Below the pieces are notes generated by a model. The model saw nothing but the letters and a program-made list of their open reading frames with translations. It searched no databases and was not told where the DNA came from. Below are positions 15,001 through 25,532 of a DNA stretch of 64,000 nucleotides, one piece after another. The DNA is from Tubulanus polymorphus (taxonomy: Eukaryota > Animalia > Nemertea), in contig NC_134032.1 of the NCBI RefSeq assembly GCF_964204645.1, positions 6,374,275 to 6,438,274 on the forward strand, read 5' to 3'. How positions within the stretch are numbered: the stretch's first letter is position 1; every line of letters begins with the position of its first letter. The translations under genes were made by a program, and so were the position numbers.

Positions 15001-16423
15001 TCGATTACAACAAAAATTAGACGGATATCTTAAGAGACAATGAAATGCCAGGCAAATTACTCGTCAGTCAAATTGGCTGACGAAGATTGCATACAAAAAT
15101 GTCCTTCCCATTCCTGAAAGTGGTTTGTGAAAATATCCGATCATGAAACTAAACCACAGTCACAGACAGGTTACTGACTCAGGCCTACTGTGTATGTACT
15201 GAGTTGATGACTCTTCTGTTAGTTAGGCTAATTATGACTTAGGCTAGAAGAGTCATCGACTGCTGTCTGTCCGGTCCACAAAAAAACTGAAATCAATTTT
15301 TTAATCCTTTTAAAATTGCTTTTTAGCATGTTTATTTTTTTGCGCATTTTTTGTTTTATTTGATTCAGATTAAGTCGTGTCGTGACACTCTGACAGTACC
15401 GTGCGAACTCAAAACGGTCTCATCGCCTAGTACACATCCAGAAAATAAGTTACCCGAACTCGAACATACCTATTTAGTGCCTACTTACATCGAATTAAGC
15501 GTCGTTTATTCCGAATTTAATCCGTACTCTGCAGCCTACTCCGCGATCGATCAGCTGTGGGCAGGTGAGTGAGTAGTGGAGTGAATTCAACAAACGGGCG
15601 TTTCATGAAGAGTTTGTGACCACTGTTTTAGAATCACCGCAAAACGCAAACTTCTCCAATTCAATTCAAACATTATTGAGCATCAATTTTGATTGAGAAG
15701 TGAAAATCTAAATTGCTATAGGCCTAATCGTAATCATCAGCCTTTTTCCACAATACAATTCTTTGCGTTTTTTGCTTCTTTTTTGCCTCTCACCCTTTGT
15801 ATATTCTTGTTATTTTTCTTTCATGAACTTGGACTTATGTTTGAGGCGACGGCCCGTCTTGCGTAGCTTCGTTAATTATGCGCCATGCGTGACCAGGTGC
15901 GTGGATGCAAACGCGATAGTGGGCAGTTGCCAGTTGGTACGATTTGGTTGGGTAGGCCCGCATAGATTCTATTTGCGTTTTGTACTAATTAGTACGCAAT
16001 GGTCGTAGTTTGGATATTAAATTTCATCTGAAAATGTTGCTGTTCAGCATTTTCCAACATAGTAGAACGATCCTATTAATTATGATGGTGCGCGAAGAAG
16101 GCGGGCTCCTCCATTCCTTTGATGTGGTAAAACGTTTGTGTAGTCAGTTCATTTGGGAAGTCATGGCAACTCATACTCATCTGTACCTTTAGCCTATTTG
16201 GTAAATTTTTGGGGGTCAGCTAATGCGCCAATTGGACTTGACAACGTAGCAAAAGGCTTGTGCCACAAGTGCTACTTTTTGTAGTCCCAAGTTTTATAAC
16301 ATTTTAATACAGTTTATATTAATCATATTTTATTTTATGATATCGTACAGTATAAAGTCCTTTATTAAGCCCGGCGGTGCACACGTGTACAATTTTTGCC
16401 GAGTAACGAGACGAGTTACTATA

Positions 16424-16739
16424 AGTAATAGGGATAATAGGCTTTCAGGTTAAAGGTTGAACGGGCGGGTGAGTAAAAAATGAAAAACATAAAAATAATA
16501 ACAATAGCGAAACTCATAAAAATGAAAAATAAATTCTCACACGCTCGAATTTATTTTTCATTTTTATGAGTTTCACTCCTAATTCAAGTAGAAATTGTTA
16601 TTATTTTCATGTTTTTCATTTTTTACTCACCCGCCCGTTCAACCTTTAACCTGAAAGCCTATTATCCCTATTACTCTTAAAATATTCATATAAATGAATA
16701 AAATATAAATCATTGAACTTCTAAAATCAATTTTAATAA
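16424..16739 (+). repeat. Left TIR; 16424-16675 is itself a near-perfect palindrome
   Basis: Reverse complement of 31908-32239. Internal foldback around loop TCACACGCTC. The outer arm has AGC where the inner arm implies 19 bp. Confidence 0.95.
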
Positions 16740-16761
16740 TTTAAAAAATTACTACTTAGTT

Positions 16762-16962
16762 ATGACTGAATTACAAAAATGGGTTGGATATGCTTCATTT
16801 CAATTAGGATCGGTTATGACATTAATTTCTACTGGCGTCATAACATTTTCGAACATCAAGCCTATGGAATGTAAATCAGGCAAGAACGAAACAGATGTAC
16901 TACAACCAAACGTCGAAACAGAAAATGAATCAGAACAAAAATTAACTAAGATAAATGAGTGA
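16762..16962 (+). CDS. Small hypothetical protein with N-terminal hydrophobic segment (element gene)
   Basis: 66-aa ORF starting just inside the left TIR and overlapping the next start by 8 bp. Hydrophobic stretch WVGYASFQLGSVMTLISTGVITF. Confidence 0.5.
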   Translation: MTELQKWVGYASFQLGSVMTLISTGVITFSNIKPMECKSGKNETDVLQPNVETENESEQKLTKINE

Positions 16963-17326
16963 TGGAGTTAAGAAAAAGGCTAGATCCGAGAAACAAATTA
17001 AATGGGCAAGAGAATTAGGAAAAAGATCTTCAGAATCAAAAAAAGCTAAGAAAATGAAATTAACTGATATAAATGAATCACAGACTTTATCTGATATTGA
17101 TTCAAATAATAATCCATCTAATTCTTCTAATGCTGGAAGTAATTATAAATTATATATTACAATTGGATTAGTAACAGTTATTATATTATCCGGTGTAATA
17201 TATAAATCAAAATTCAAATCTGATGATAAAGATGATTCCAATGATAATCGGAAACCTATCATACCAGAAAATAAGTCAAATCATAAAGTCATTGAAACTA
17301 AATCTAAATTATTATTAATGGATTAA
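16955..17326 (+). CDS. Hypothetical basic protein with one predicted transmembrane helix
   Basis: 123 aa, TAAATG start, Lys/Arg-rich N-terminus, TM segment LYITIGLVTVIILSGVIY. Confidence 0.75.
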   Translation: MSDGVKKKARSEKQIKWARELGKRSSESKKAKKMKLTDINESQTLSDIDSNNNPSNSSNAGSNYKLYITIGLVTVIILSGVIYKSKFKSDDKDDSNDNRKPIIPENKSNHKVIETKSKLLLMD

Positions 17327-17332
17327 AATAGA

Positions 17333-18445
17333 ATGAAAAAAGAACAATATTTAAGAGATTTATATTATAACCCAGAAAGTGAAGTATCATATTCTAACGT
17401 TTCAGAATTATGGAATAAAATTAAATCTGATAATGGCAATGGTGCCGTACGGCACCCACACGGTGACATAAAATATAGTGAATTAAAATCATGGTTACAA
17501 AATCAACCAACATATCAAATCCACAAGAAAATGGATAAAACTTATTTAACAAGAAAAGTTATGGTTTCATATATCGATCAACAATGGCAAGCAGATTTAA
17601 TTGACATGAAGAACTTAGAGGAATACAACAAAGGATATTTCTGGATACTGAATGTTATAGACATATTCAGTCGATACGCATGGTCAATTCCAATCAAAAA
17701 TAAAACTGGAATAGAAGTTACAAATGCTTTTAAATCTATATTTAAAGAAGCTATTCCAGATAAGATACAATTTGATGAAGGTAAGGAATTTTATAACAAA
17801 CATTTTAAAAAACTATTATCTGATAACGATGTAGATTATTTTTCAACACACTCAGATAAAAAAGCATCTATTATAGAAAGATTTAATAAAACATTGAAAA
17901 CTAGAATGTGGAAATATTTTACTGCTAATGAAACATATAAATATATCAATGTGTTAGATGATTTAGTGAAAGGTTATAATAATTCTAAACATAGTTCTAT
18001 GAATATGAAACCTATACAAGCTAGAAAAGAAGATAATTCAGAAATAGTTTGGAATAATTTATATGGCGCGTTTGTTGCACATGATTTCGGAGAACCTAAA
18101 TTCAAAATAGGACAACACGTAAGAATATCTAAATATAGAAAAACCTTTTATAAAGGTTATACCCCAAATTTTACAGAAGAAATATTCAAGATTAAAAAGA
18201 TAATATTAACTAAACCTTTTGTTTATAAATTAGAAGATTTAAAAGATGAAGAAATATTAGGTTATTTCTATGAACAAGAATTATCACTTGTACCAAATCC
18301 AGATGAAATAGAATACAAAATAGAAAAAGTATTGAAAACAAAAACTCTTAAAGGAAAAAAGTATTCTTTGGTGAAATATAAAGGATATGATGATAAATTT
18401 AATGAATGGATTTTATCTAGTAAAATTAAAAGAATAAATGAATAA
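17333..18445 (+). CDS. Retroviral-type (rve, DDE) integrase with C-terminal chromodomain
   Basis: Catalytic motifs WQADL, QFDEGKEF and IIERFNKTLK. Chromo-like YKIEKVL...LVKYKGYDDKFNEWI. Intact 370-aa ORF. Confidence 0.96.
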   Translation: MKKEQYLRDLYYNPESEVSYSNVSELWNKIKSDNGNGAVRHPHGDIKYSELKSWLQNQPTYQIHKKMDKTYLTRKVMVSYIDQQWQADLIDMKNLEEYNKGYFWILNVIDIFSRYAWSIPIKNKTGIEVTNAFKSIFKEAIPDKIQFDEGKEFYNKHFKKLLSDNDVDYFSTHSDKKASIIERFNKTLKTRMWKYFTANETYKYINVLDDLVKGYNNSKHSSMNMKPIQARKEDNSEIVWNNLYGAFVAHDFGEPKFKIGQHVRISKYRKTFYKGYTPNFTEEIFKIKKIILTKPFVYKLEDLKDEEILGYFYEQELSLVPNPDEIEYKIEKVLKTKTLKGKKYSLVKYKGYDDKFNEWILSSKIKRINE

Positions 18446-19050
18446 AGATTTATTTATATTTGAACCGCATAATATGTTAATAACTGGAGTAACCAATTGT
18501 GGTAAAACACATTTCATATTAGACTTGTTAGAAACTATTTATAAGAATCATTTTGATAATATAATATTATTCTGTCCTACTTATGAAATGAATAAAACAT
18601 ATAATAGAGATATAGTTAAGATGAAAAAGTTTATTATATTAAATCCTAAAACAGTAAAAGAAAATTTAGATAATTGTATTAAAATAGCAATTGATACTTA
18701 TAAAGGATCAAATACATTATTCATTATAGATGATTGCGCAAATTTACATGATTCAAAAGTTAGAGAAAGTGAGTTATGTTATCTAGCTTTCTCCGGGAGA
18801 CATTTTGGGATAACAACTTGGGTTTTAAAGCAAAAATATAATTCAATTGTTAAAGACTTTAGAGAAAACATTAGATTTCTAGTTTTATTTTATAACAAAA
18901 ATAAAAAAATCTATGCAACAATCATTGGAAGAAAATCAAATTATACCTACTGAATTACACGATGAATATATAAATAAATTAAAGAATAATAAAGGTTCAA
19001 AATTATTACTGAGACTACAATTTCCCTATGAATATAAATTTATAAAATAA
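18438..19050 (+). pseudogene. A32/FtsK-like genome packaging ATPase, frameshifted near the C-terminus
   Basis: Walker A GVTNCGKT, Walker B FIIDD, SGRH motif. After the A-run near 18903-18909 another frame continues KSMQQSLEEN...YKFIK* to 19050. Confidence 0.9.
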
Positions 19051-19074
19051 AATTTATAATTTGGAATATTATAG

Positions 19075-19467
19075 AAACTAATTTATATATCTATGTACTA
19101 GACGTACGAGTAAGAAAGTAAGATTCTTGCCAAGAAAGTAAGAAAGTAAGAATCTTGGTAAGAATTCTTACGTACGTCTAGTATATAGATATATAAATTA
19201 GTTTTATAATAATTATTCTAAATTTAAATTATAAAAATTATATGTTTTCTCTTAATAAAAATAAAAATAGATTATATTATAACTATTTCTATACTTAGAT
19301 TAATAATTTTATGTTTTTAATTTTTATGAAAACTAAATTATATATCTATGTACTAGACGTACGAGTAAGAAAGTAAGATTCTTGCCAAGAAAGTAAGATT
19401 TCTTGGATTCTTGGATTCTTACCAAGATTCTTACGTACGTCTAGTATAAAGTTATATAAATTAGTTT
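19075..19467. terminator. Two directly repeated ~130-bp palindromes between convergent gene blocks (candidate bidirectional 3'-end signal)
   Basis: Units 19075-19204 and 19330-19467, each with arms AAACTA...CTAGACGTACG / CGTACGTCTAG...TAGTTT. The structure is directly visible; the terminator role is inferred from position. Confidence 0.5.
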
Positions 19468-19475
19468 TATAATAA

Positions 19476-20646
19476 TTATTCTAATTTTGTTTCTAATATA
19501 TTTATAAAATCATCTCTGTTTATATCTAATTCACTAAAAGTCTTAGGTAGATTTATTAATTTTAATTGAGCCATCTTAACATAATTATTAGTAGGTATAT
19601 TAGCTTTTTCTCTTAATTTTTCTAAGTATTCATCAAAATCATCATAATCAAAATCAAAATGATATCCAAAATTAGTTATCAGATAATTTAAATCTATTTT
19701 TCTTAAATATAATAATTTATATATTTGTTTAGGATTATTTTCTGCATAGGCTAATAATTTATCAAATAACAACTTATAGAATATATAATATTGGTTAGTT
19801 TTAGGATTGAAATATTTGATATATTTCTCTGGGTTATTTAACAATGGTATCATACTCACCATTTTATAAACATTAATTAGATGTAACTTTGATTTATAAT
19901 GAGTATTTTCATCAACAGGTTCAATTTTCTTATTACAATATTGACACATTTTATTTCTTTCTATTTCTTCTAATTTCTTTTCATTTTCGATATGCGCTTG
20001 AGATTTTTTATGCTTAGAAAAATTACTTTTAGAAATATCTAAATTACAAATGTTACAATGTTTTTTAGAATCATCAATTGTTTCATTATCATTAGTTTCA
20101 ATTGTATCAACATTATCTGTTATATTCTCTATGGTATCATTTGTTTCAATTGTATTAACATTATCTGTTATATTATCTATAGTATCATTTGTTTTGAATT
20201 GTATTAACATTATCTATGATATTATCTATTATATTATTATCAGATATATTATTATCATTATTATTCTTTTCTTTTTCTATATGTTTATTTGATTTCTTAT
20301 GTGATGTCCAATTTTTATATGATATATATTTCTTACATACATCACAATATTTTTCATTTGTCTTTTTGGTTTTGATATCAGGTTCAATCTTATCATTATT
20401 AGATGTAGTAGGTATTACTGTAGTAGGTATTACTGTAGTAGGTATTACATTATTATCAATTACATTACTTAATTTATCAACAACTTCACTTTTATTATTA
20501 TCGATTTCTATTAGTTTAGTTTTATAAATTTTGAAAATAGGATCAAATATCAAAGCTATATTACAAGGTATTACATAATATAAACCATCATTATTTTCAT
20601 GTGTATCGATGTATGGAATATGTTTATATACTTTACCACCTTCCAT
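19476..20646 (-). pseudogene. Protein with three U1/matrin-type C2H2 zinc fingers and internal repeats, split by a frameshift near 20190-20210
   Basis: ORFs 20185-20646 and 19476-20210 overlap. Fingers CDVC..HKKSNKH, CNIC..HKKSQAH and CQYC..HYKSKLH. VIPTT x3, and 48-bp repeats spanning the frameshift. Confidence 0.8.
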
Positions 20647-20678
20647 TTGATATAAGATTTTTTATTAAAGTTAAAATT

Positions 20679-21926
20679 TTAATACATAACACTATCTAAT
20701 TGTGAATTTACAATATTTAATTGCGCGTCAGATATAATATAAATGTGCATTTTAAAATTTTTGATTCCTTTATTTTTTGTCATGAATAATTGTATTCCAT
20801 CTTTAGTGTTCTGTAGTTTTTTTCCAGAACCATGTAATGAATTATCCTCTGTTGTTCTAAAATCTAACCATAATGCATATTTATTACCGGTATAATAATC
20901 AATTTGATTAATGTTACAATTTTCAAATGATTTTACTTTTTCATTCATAAAATGTTTTCTAATTTCTGGCCATTGATCAATCATTCTCATTCCTTGACAA
21001 AATATTTTATTTGCTATTCCTTCGATAGTTATTTCTACTTTTGTTATTTCAGGATTATAATAATTATCAACATTTATTGCGCCATTAGTATATGTTGCAA
21101 TGGTAAAAAATATTAATATGCCTTTAATAGATCTTCTTGGGAAGTTAATATTCTCATTAATTATTTCATCATTTGCATTAATAGTTACGGTTTTAAATTT
21201 ATCAATATAATCATATAATAATGAAAATCCTTGATTGTATTTAGTTTGAATTATACTTGAAATATTTTCATCAGTTACTGTGTCATATTCTAAACATATA
21301 TTTGATAATTTATAACTCATATCTTTAACAACGCTAGATAATACAATTTCATTTACAGGAGCAAAAGTTATCTCAAATATAACGTCTTCTTGAATTGCGT
21401 ATTTATATAAAGGTGCATTATTATTTATCAATTCAAAGTTTAATGGAATTTTATATTTGCTTCCATATATACTGTTTATCAATTTATCTACAGCATTAGT
21501 TAATATTGCGCTATTAGCTTCTGATCTTAATTTATTTTGGTTTTCTGATTGGATTCCTTGAAATATCATATTATTTCTATTTTCTTTAGTTAACCATAAA
21601 TCTTTATAATGCATAAATAAATTATAATCATCCAATGAGAAAACTGTTTCTGGACCAATCTTTATTGTTAACTTTTTAATCAAATATCTTCCAACATTAT
21701 CAACAACATAATTATTATTATTACCGATTACTTTTATATCGGCCGATAAATAAATACTATTTGGAACATAAAAAGTATTTTTTGTTAATCTAGGAATTCT
21801 AACATATAAAGTTTCATCGGGATTAATATTTGAAGGGTTATGAGTAATTATACGATGTGATCTTTCTGCTTTAATAGCATTAGATATTCTATGATTCTTA
21901 GAAGGATTGATATAACTCCCACTCAT
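20679..21926 (-). CDS. Major capsid protein (double jelly-roll, hexon-like), intact
   Basis: 415 aa. Pattern THNPS.I....L.VRIP, NVGRYLIKKL, YKDLW, YKIPL, ICLEYD matches my recollection of invertebrate Polinton capsids. Size and position fit. Confidence 0.8.
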   Translation of the reverse strand: MSGSYINPSKNHRISNAIKAERSHRIITHNPSNINPDETLYVRIPRLTKNTFYVPNSIYLSADIKVIGNNNNYVVDNVGRYLIKKLTIKIGPETVFSLDDYNLFMHYKDLWLTKENRNNMIFQGIQSENQNKLRSEANSAILTNAVDKLINSIYGSKYKIPLNFELINNNAPLYKYAIQEDVIFEITFAPVNEIVLSSVVKDMSYKLSNICLEYDTVTDENISSIIQTKYNQGFSLLYDYIDKFKTVTINANDEIINENINFPRRSIKGILIFFTIATYTNGAINVDNYYNPEITKVEITIEGIANKIFCQGMRMIDQWPEIRKHFMNEKVKSFENCNINQIDYYTGNKYALWLDFRTTEDNSLHGSGKKLQNTKDGIQLFMTKNKGIKNFKMHIYIISDAQLNIVNSQLDSVMY

Positions 21927-21945
21927 TTATTTAACAAAAAATTAA

Positions 21946-23386
21946 TTATTTATTTTTTGATATCATGTTTACTAATCCAAAAATAATAGCACTTACAACA
22001 GTTATTAAAAATAAAATAATATGTTCAGCAGCAAAGTTAATAATGTTTCCTGCAGATTTCAATATAAAACCAACAATTGAAGTAATAACTCCAGGTAAAG
22101 CTGCAGCAGATTTTTTAGATAGTTCCCATAAATATTTTGCTAATTTCTTTAAACCATCTTTAACTTTATCTTGTATAGAATGATCACCTGGGGGTTTATC
22201 TGGTTTATTGGGAGTGGGAGTAGGAGTAGATTTTAAAGCATTTGATATAGCTAAACCAATTGTTGTGAATAACATAGTTACAGCTGTTAGAATTGAAAGA
22301 ACTGTTATTCCTTCTAATTTAAATAATAACTTTATTCTATCTTTCAATGATATTTTAGAATCTGGTTTTATCAACAAATCTTTAAAAATAACTTTTAATC
22401 TATTAATATTATAATCATATGATTTTAATAATAATTTAATTTCTTCTTTTTGTAATTCTATGTTATATTCTAAATCATCAATTTCTTTTTCTAAATATGC
22501 ATTTCTTTTTTTAAATTCAATTTCTTCAATAACTTTATTATCTCTATCTAATTTTAATTGTTCTATTTCTTTATTTTTATCAGTTAATTCTTTTTCTAAA
22601 GTTCTAATTTTAAAATCTCTTATACTTTTATCATGCGCAATTTTATCAGATGCATTTCTTATACTAATAATTTCTCTAATTGCTTTATCAGAAAATATAT
22701 CTAAATCTTCTAATTCTTGATCTGTTGCATCAAGTAATCCATTCGGTAAAAGTTTTTCAATTGGAACTTTATTTGATTTAAGTTTACTATTTTTGGAAGT
22801 TTTATTCTGTTCAGAAGTTGTTTCTGTTTCTGATTTCTTTTTGATTATTTCAAATAATTCATTAATTCTTTGTTTAAATACTTCTCTATTTTTATTCATT
22901 TCTGTTTGTGTTAAATCTTCTACTATATAATTAATATTACTTATTCTCTTAATTCTATCTGGATCTAATTTTCTCAAAGTTAATTTTGTTATTATTTTTT
23001 TTTTTATAAGTGATATCAATATAATAATCACCTTTCAAACGATAATAACATTTACCATTATCTAAAAATTTTAATTGATCTGCTAAAGGTCCAACGTCTT
23101 CATCATTTATGTTAAGTTTAGAATTTTCAATTAAATCTTCTAATTTAGCTATTTCGTTTAAATTATCTAAATCTTGTTTTACTAAATATGGGTCTAAATT
23201 TTCAGGATATAATTTTGATTCTGCATTTTTAATATAATCATGCATATTTAAATTATTATTATATTCTGGCTCATTACCGTCATTATCAATATTAGTTTCT
23301 GCATCATTATAATCATCATCAATATATCCTTCATTATTAATTCCCATGCCTTCCATTTCATAATCTTCTCCACCTTCTACATCCAT
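21946..23386 (-). pseudogene. Acidic/coiled-coil protein with C-terminal membrane helices, split by a frameshift in an 11-nt homopolymer (22995-23005)
   Basis: ORFs 22955-23386 and 21946-23031 overlap at the homopolymer. Coiled-coil-like region followed by three hydrophobic segments and a PTPTP linker. Confidence 0.8.
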
Positions 23387-23402
23387 TTACATAATAAAAA
23401 AA

Positions 23403-24842
23403 TTAAAATTTAAAATATAATATTCCTCCGATTACAATTCCTATACAAGTTATAGCTAATTTAGTATTTTCATGGGATTTATTATCATCATTTAGTTTAA
23501 TTATATCATGTTGAATAATATCAGTTTTAATATCACCGTGTGGGTGCCGTAAGGCACCATTTTCTGTAGTATTATAATCTTTTATTTTAGAATCATTATT
23601 TAATTTAATATTCTTAGTTTTAGTTTCAGTTGATTGAATGTGTTTTTTATTTTTTTCACCTTCCATTAATTTTGGAGCAGTAATAATCTTTTTATTTATA
23701 TCATTCAATCCAAAAGAATTATTTATTGTTGCAGTTTTAATTAGATTATTATAACCAATTATGTTTCCCATCTTTAATACTAAATCATTAGAAATAATTA
23801 ATAGATTAGGGCCTATACAATAATTAAGCCTTACATGAGATTTATCTAGATAATTTTGATATCTTATAATGTTTTCTGGAGTCGATCTATTTTTATCATT
23901 ATGAATTGAATCTTCAAATAAAACTTTAAATTGTTTCTGTGTATCAAATGATGTATTCAAATTTCCAATTATTGGTGATCTTGTTTCAACTTGCGCACCT
24001 AAAATACATATCAAATAAGTTCTAATAGATTGATTTATTCTTTGTATACCTGATTTAGTAAAACCTTCACTATTTTCTAAAATAAAATAAACCCAACCAT
24101 TATTGTTTTCTTGTTTTAAATTATCATAAAATTTCGGTAATTTATTGAAATTTAATGTTTCTAAATCCTTAGTTTCTATTTTACCATAACCTAATTTATT
24201 ATTATAAATATTATAAAAGCTATTGTAAATATTATAAAATCTATTAAAAGATGGTATGGGAAGTGCGCAATATGCTGCAACATTTTCAGGGCAAGGAAGT
24301 GATCTTATTGTTCCAATTTTTGTTCTAAAATCAGAATTATTTATATCTATATTAAATTCATTGCAAATTTTATAAAACTTTGATAAATTAATATTATTAT
24401 CTAATTCTTTAAAATATCTTGATCCTGGTAAAGCGCACTCTAATTCATTTAATATTATTCTGATTTGAAAGTATGTATGAAATCTAAATAAACTTTGAAT
24501 TAGTTTATATTTAGAATTATTCAAATGATCATTCCAACTTATTCCACATCCTGTTGTTGCACAATAAACAGCAAAATTTAATTGGTTCTGCCAATACTTC
24601 ATATTAGATTTTAATAACCATTGTTTTTCATCTTTCAATTTTTTAAAATTAATTAAATATACATGAAATATATTTTCCATCTTTGCATTAAAATTATTAG
24701 TTTCAGTAACATAAATTTCTAAATTAGTTAATGAATCTAAAACTTCATTTCTATATGTAATATCTTTATTAAAATCTATTGCTGGAATATTATATTTAAT
24801 TGATTTATTATATTGGAAAGCTTTTGAAAAACTATCTACCAT
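23403..24842 (-). CDS. Hypothetical element protein with C-terminal membrane anchor
   Basis: Intact 479-aa ORF with motifs WQNQLNFAVYCATTGCG, FRFHTYFQIR and SIRTYLICILGAQ. Ends LAITCIGIVIGGILYFKF. Confidence 0.85.
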   Translation of the reverse strand: MVDSFSKAFQYNKSIKYNIPAIDFNKDITYRNEVLDSLTNLEIYVTETNNFNAKMENIFHVYLINFKKLKDEKQWLLKSNMKYWQNQLNFAVYCATTGCGISWNDHLNNSKYKLIQSLFRFHTYFQIRIILNELECALPGSRYFKELDNNINLSKFYKICNEFNIDINNSDFRTKIGTIRSLPCPENVAAYCALPIPSFNRFYNIYNSFYNIYNNKLGYGKIETKDLETLNFNKLPKFYDNLKQENNNGWVYFILENSEGFTKSGIQRINQSIRTYLICILGAQVETRSPIIGNLNTSFDTQKQFKVLFEDSIHNDKNRSTPENIIRYQNYLDKSHVRLNYCIGPNLLIISNDLVLKMGNIIGYNNLIKTATINNSFGLNDINKKIITAPKLMEGEKNKKHIQSTETKTKNIKLNNDSKIKDYNTTENGALRHPHGDIKTDIIQHDIIKLNDDNKSHENTKLAITCIGIVIGGILYFKF

Positions 24843-24887
24843 TTATTCAATAAAAAAATTAATAATTTATTAATTCTTTTAATAATT

Positions 24888-25286
24888 TATCTTGTTCTAT
24901 GACCATTTAAACTTATGATATAATCTAGTGTGTTCTTTAATTTATTAATTTCTTTTATATTAGTTTTAATTTTTTCTTTATTACTTTTTATATTTAATTT
25001 TGAACTTATACCGGTTAAAACACTTGAACTTAATCCTAACACACCAATTGATATAGCTAAAGGTGTTAATGGGCTGAATATCTTTGTTAATATAATCCAT
25101 ATAGTTTTGCCTCTTTTCTCTATATTCTTCTGCAGCTTTATTATATTTCTTTAACGCTAAGTTATGTCTTCTTTGTTCTCCTAATGAACTATTTTTATCA
25201 ATATGTTTAAATAAATATCCACCACCAGTAAATGCTAAAGCGTTAACAATTGCCGATCCTATAATAGTTATAATTGCAGAAGCCAT
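24888..25286 (-). pseudogene. Probable deletion fusion of two small membrane-protein genes
   Basis: N-terminal part MASAIITIIGSAIVNALAFTGGGYLF...EQRRHNLAL runs to ~25085. A different frame then gives IFSPLTPLAISIGVLGLSSSVLTGISSKL...LDYIISLNG. Confidence 0.6.
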
Positions 25287-25310
25287 TTATTTAGTAAAAA
25301 AATTATGCAT

Positions 25311-25532
25311 TTATATGGGAGGAATATATTTTTGTTTTTCCAAATAATCAATAGTTAAATTAGATAAAGTAACTGCTAATGTTAATTTTAAAATATCATT
25401 CATATCAAATCTATCAACATTAACACTTCCCATTTTGAATACTTTTTTTAATACCATTGAATAACCAACAGTTCCAACTGATAGTAATGCGCCATTATAT
25501 AATCCAGTTATTATCCACTTATTATCACTCAT
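25311..25532 (-). CDS. Small hydrophobic protein, putative virion/membrane component
   Basis: 73 aa, two hydrophobic helices, carries the shared upstream motif. Confidence 0.75.
   Translation of the reverse strand: MSDNKWIITGLYNGALLSVGTVGYSMVLKKVFKMGSVNVDRFDMNDILKLTLAVTLSNLTIDYLEKQKYIPPI

Noticed and set aside
19075-19467. CRISPR-like array
   Set aside because: Only two long palindromes, no unique spacers, no cas genes, eukaryotic context.
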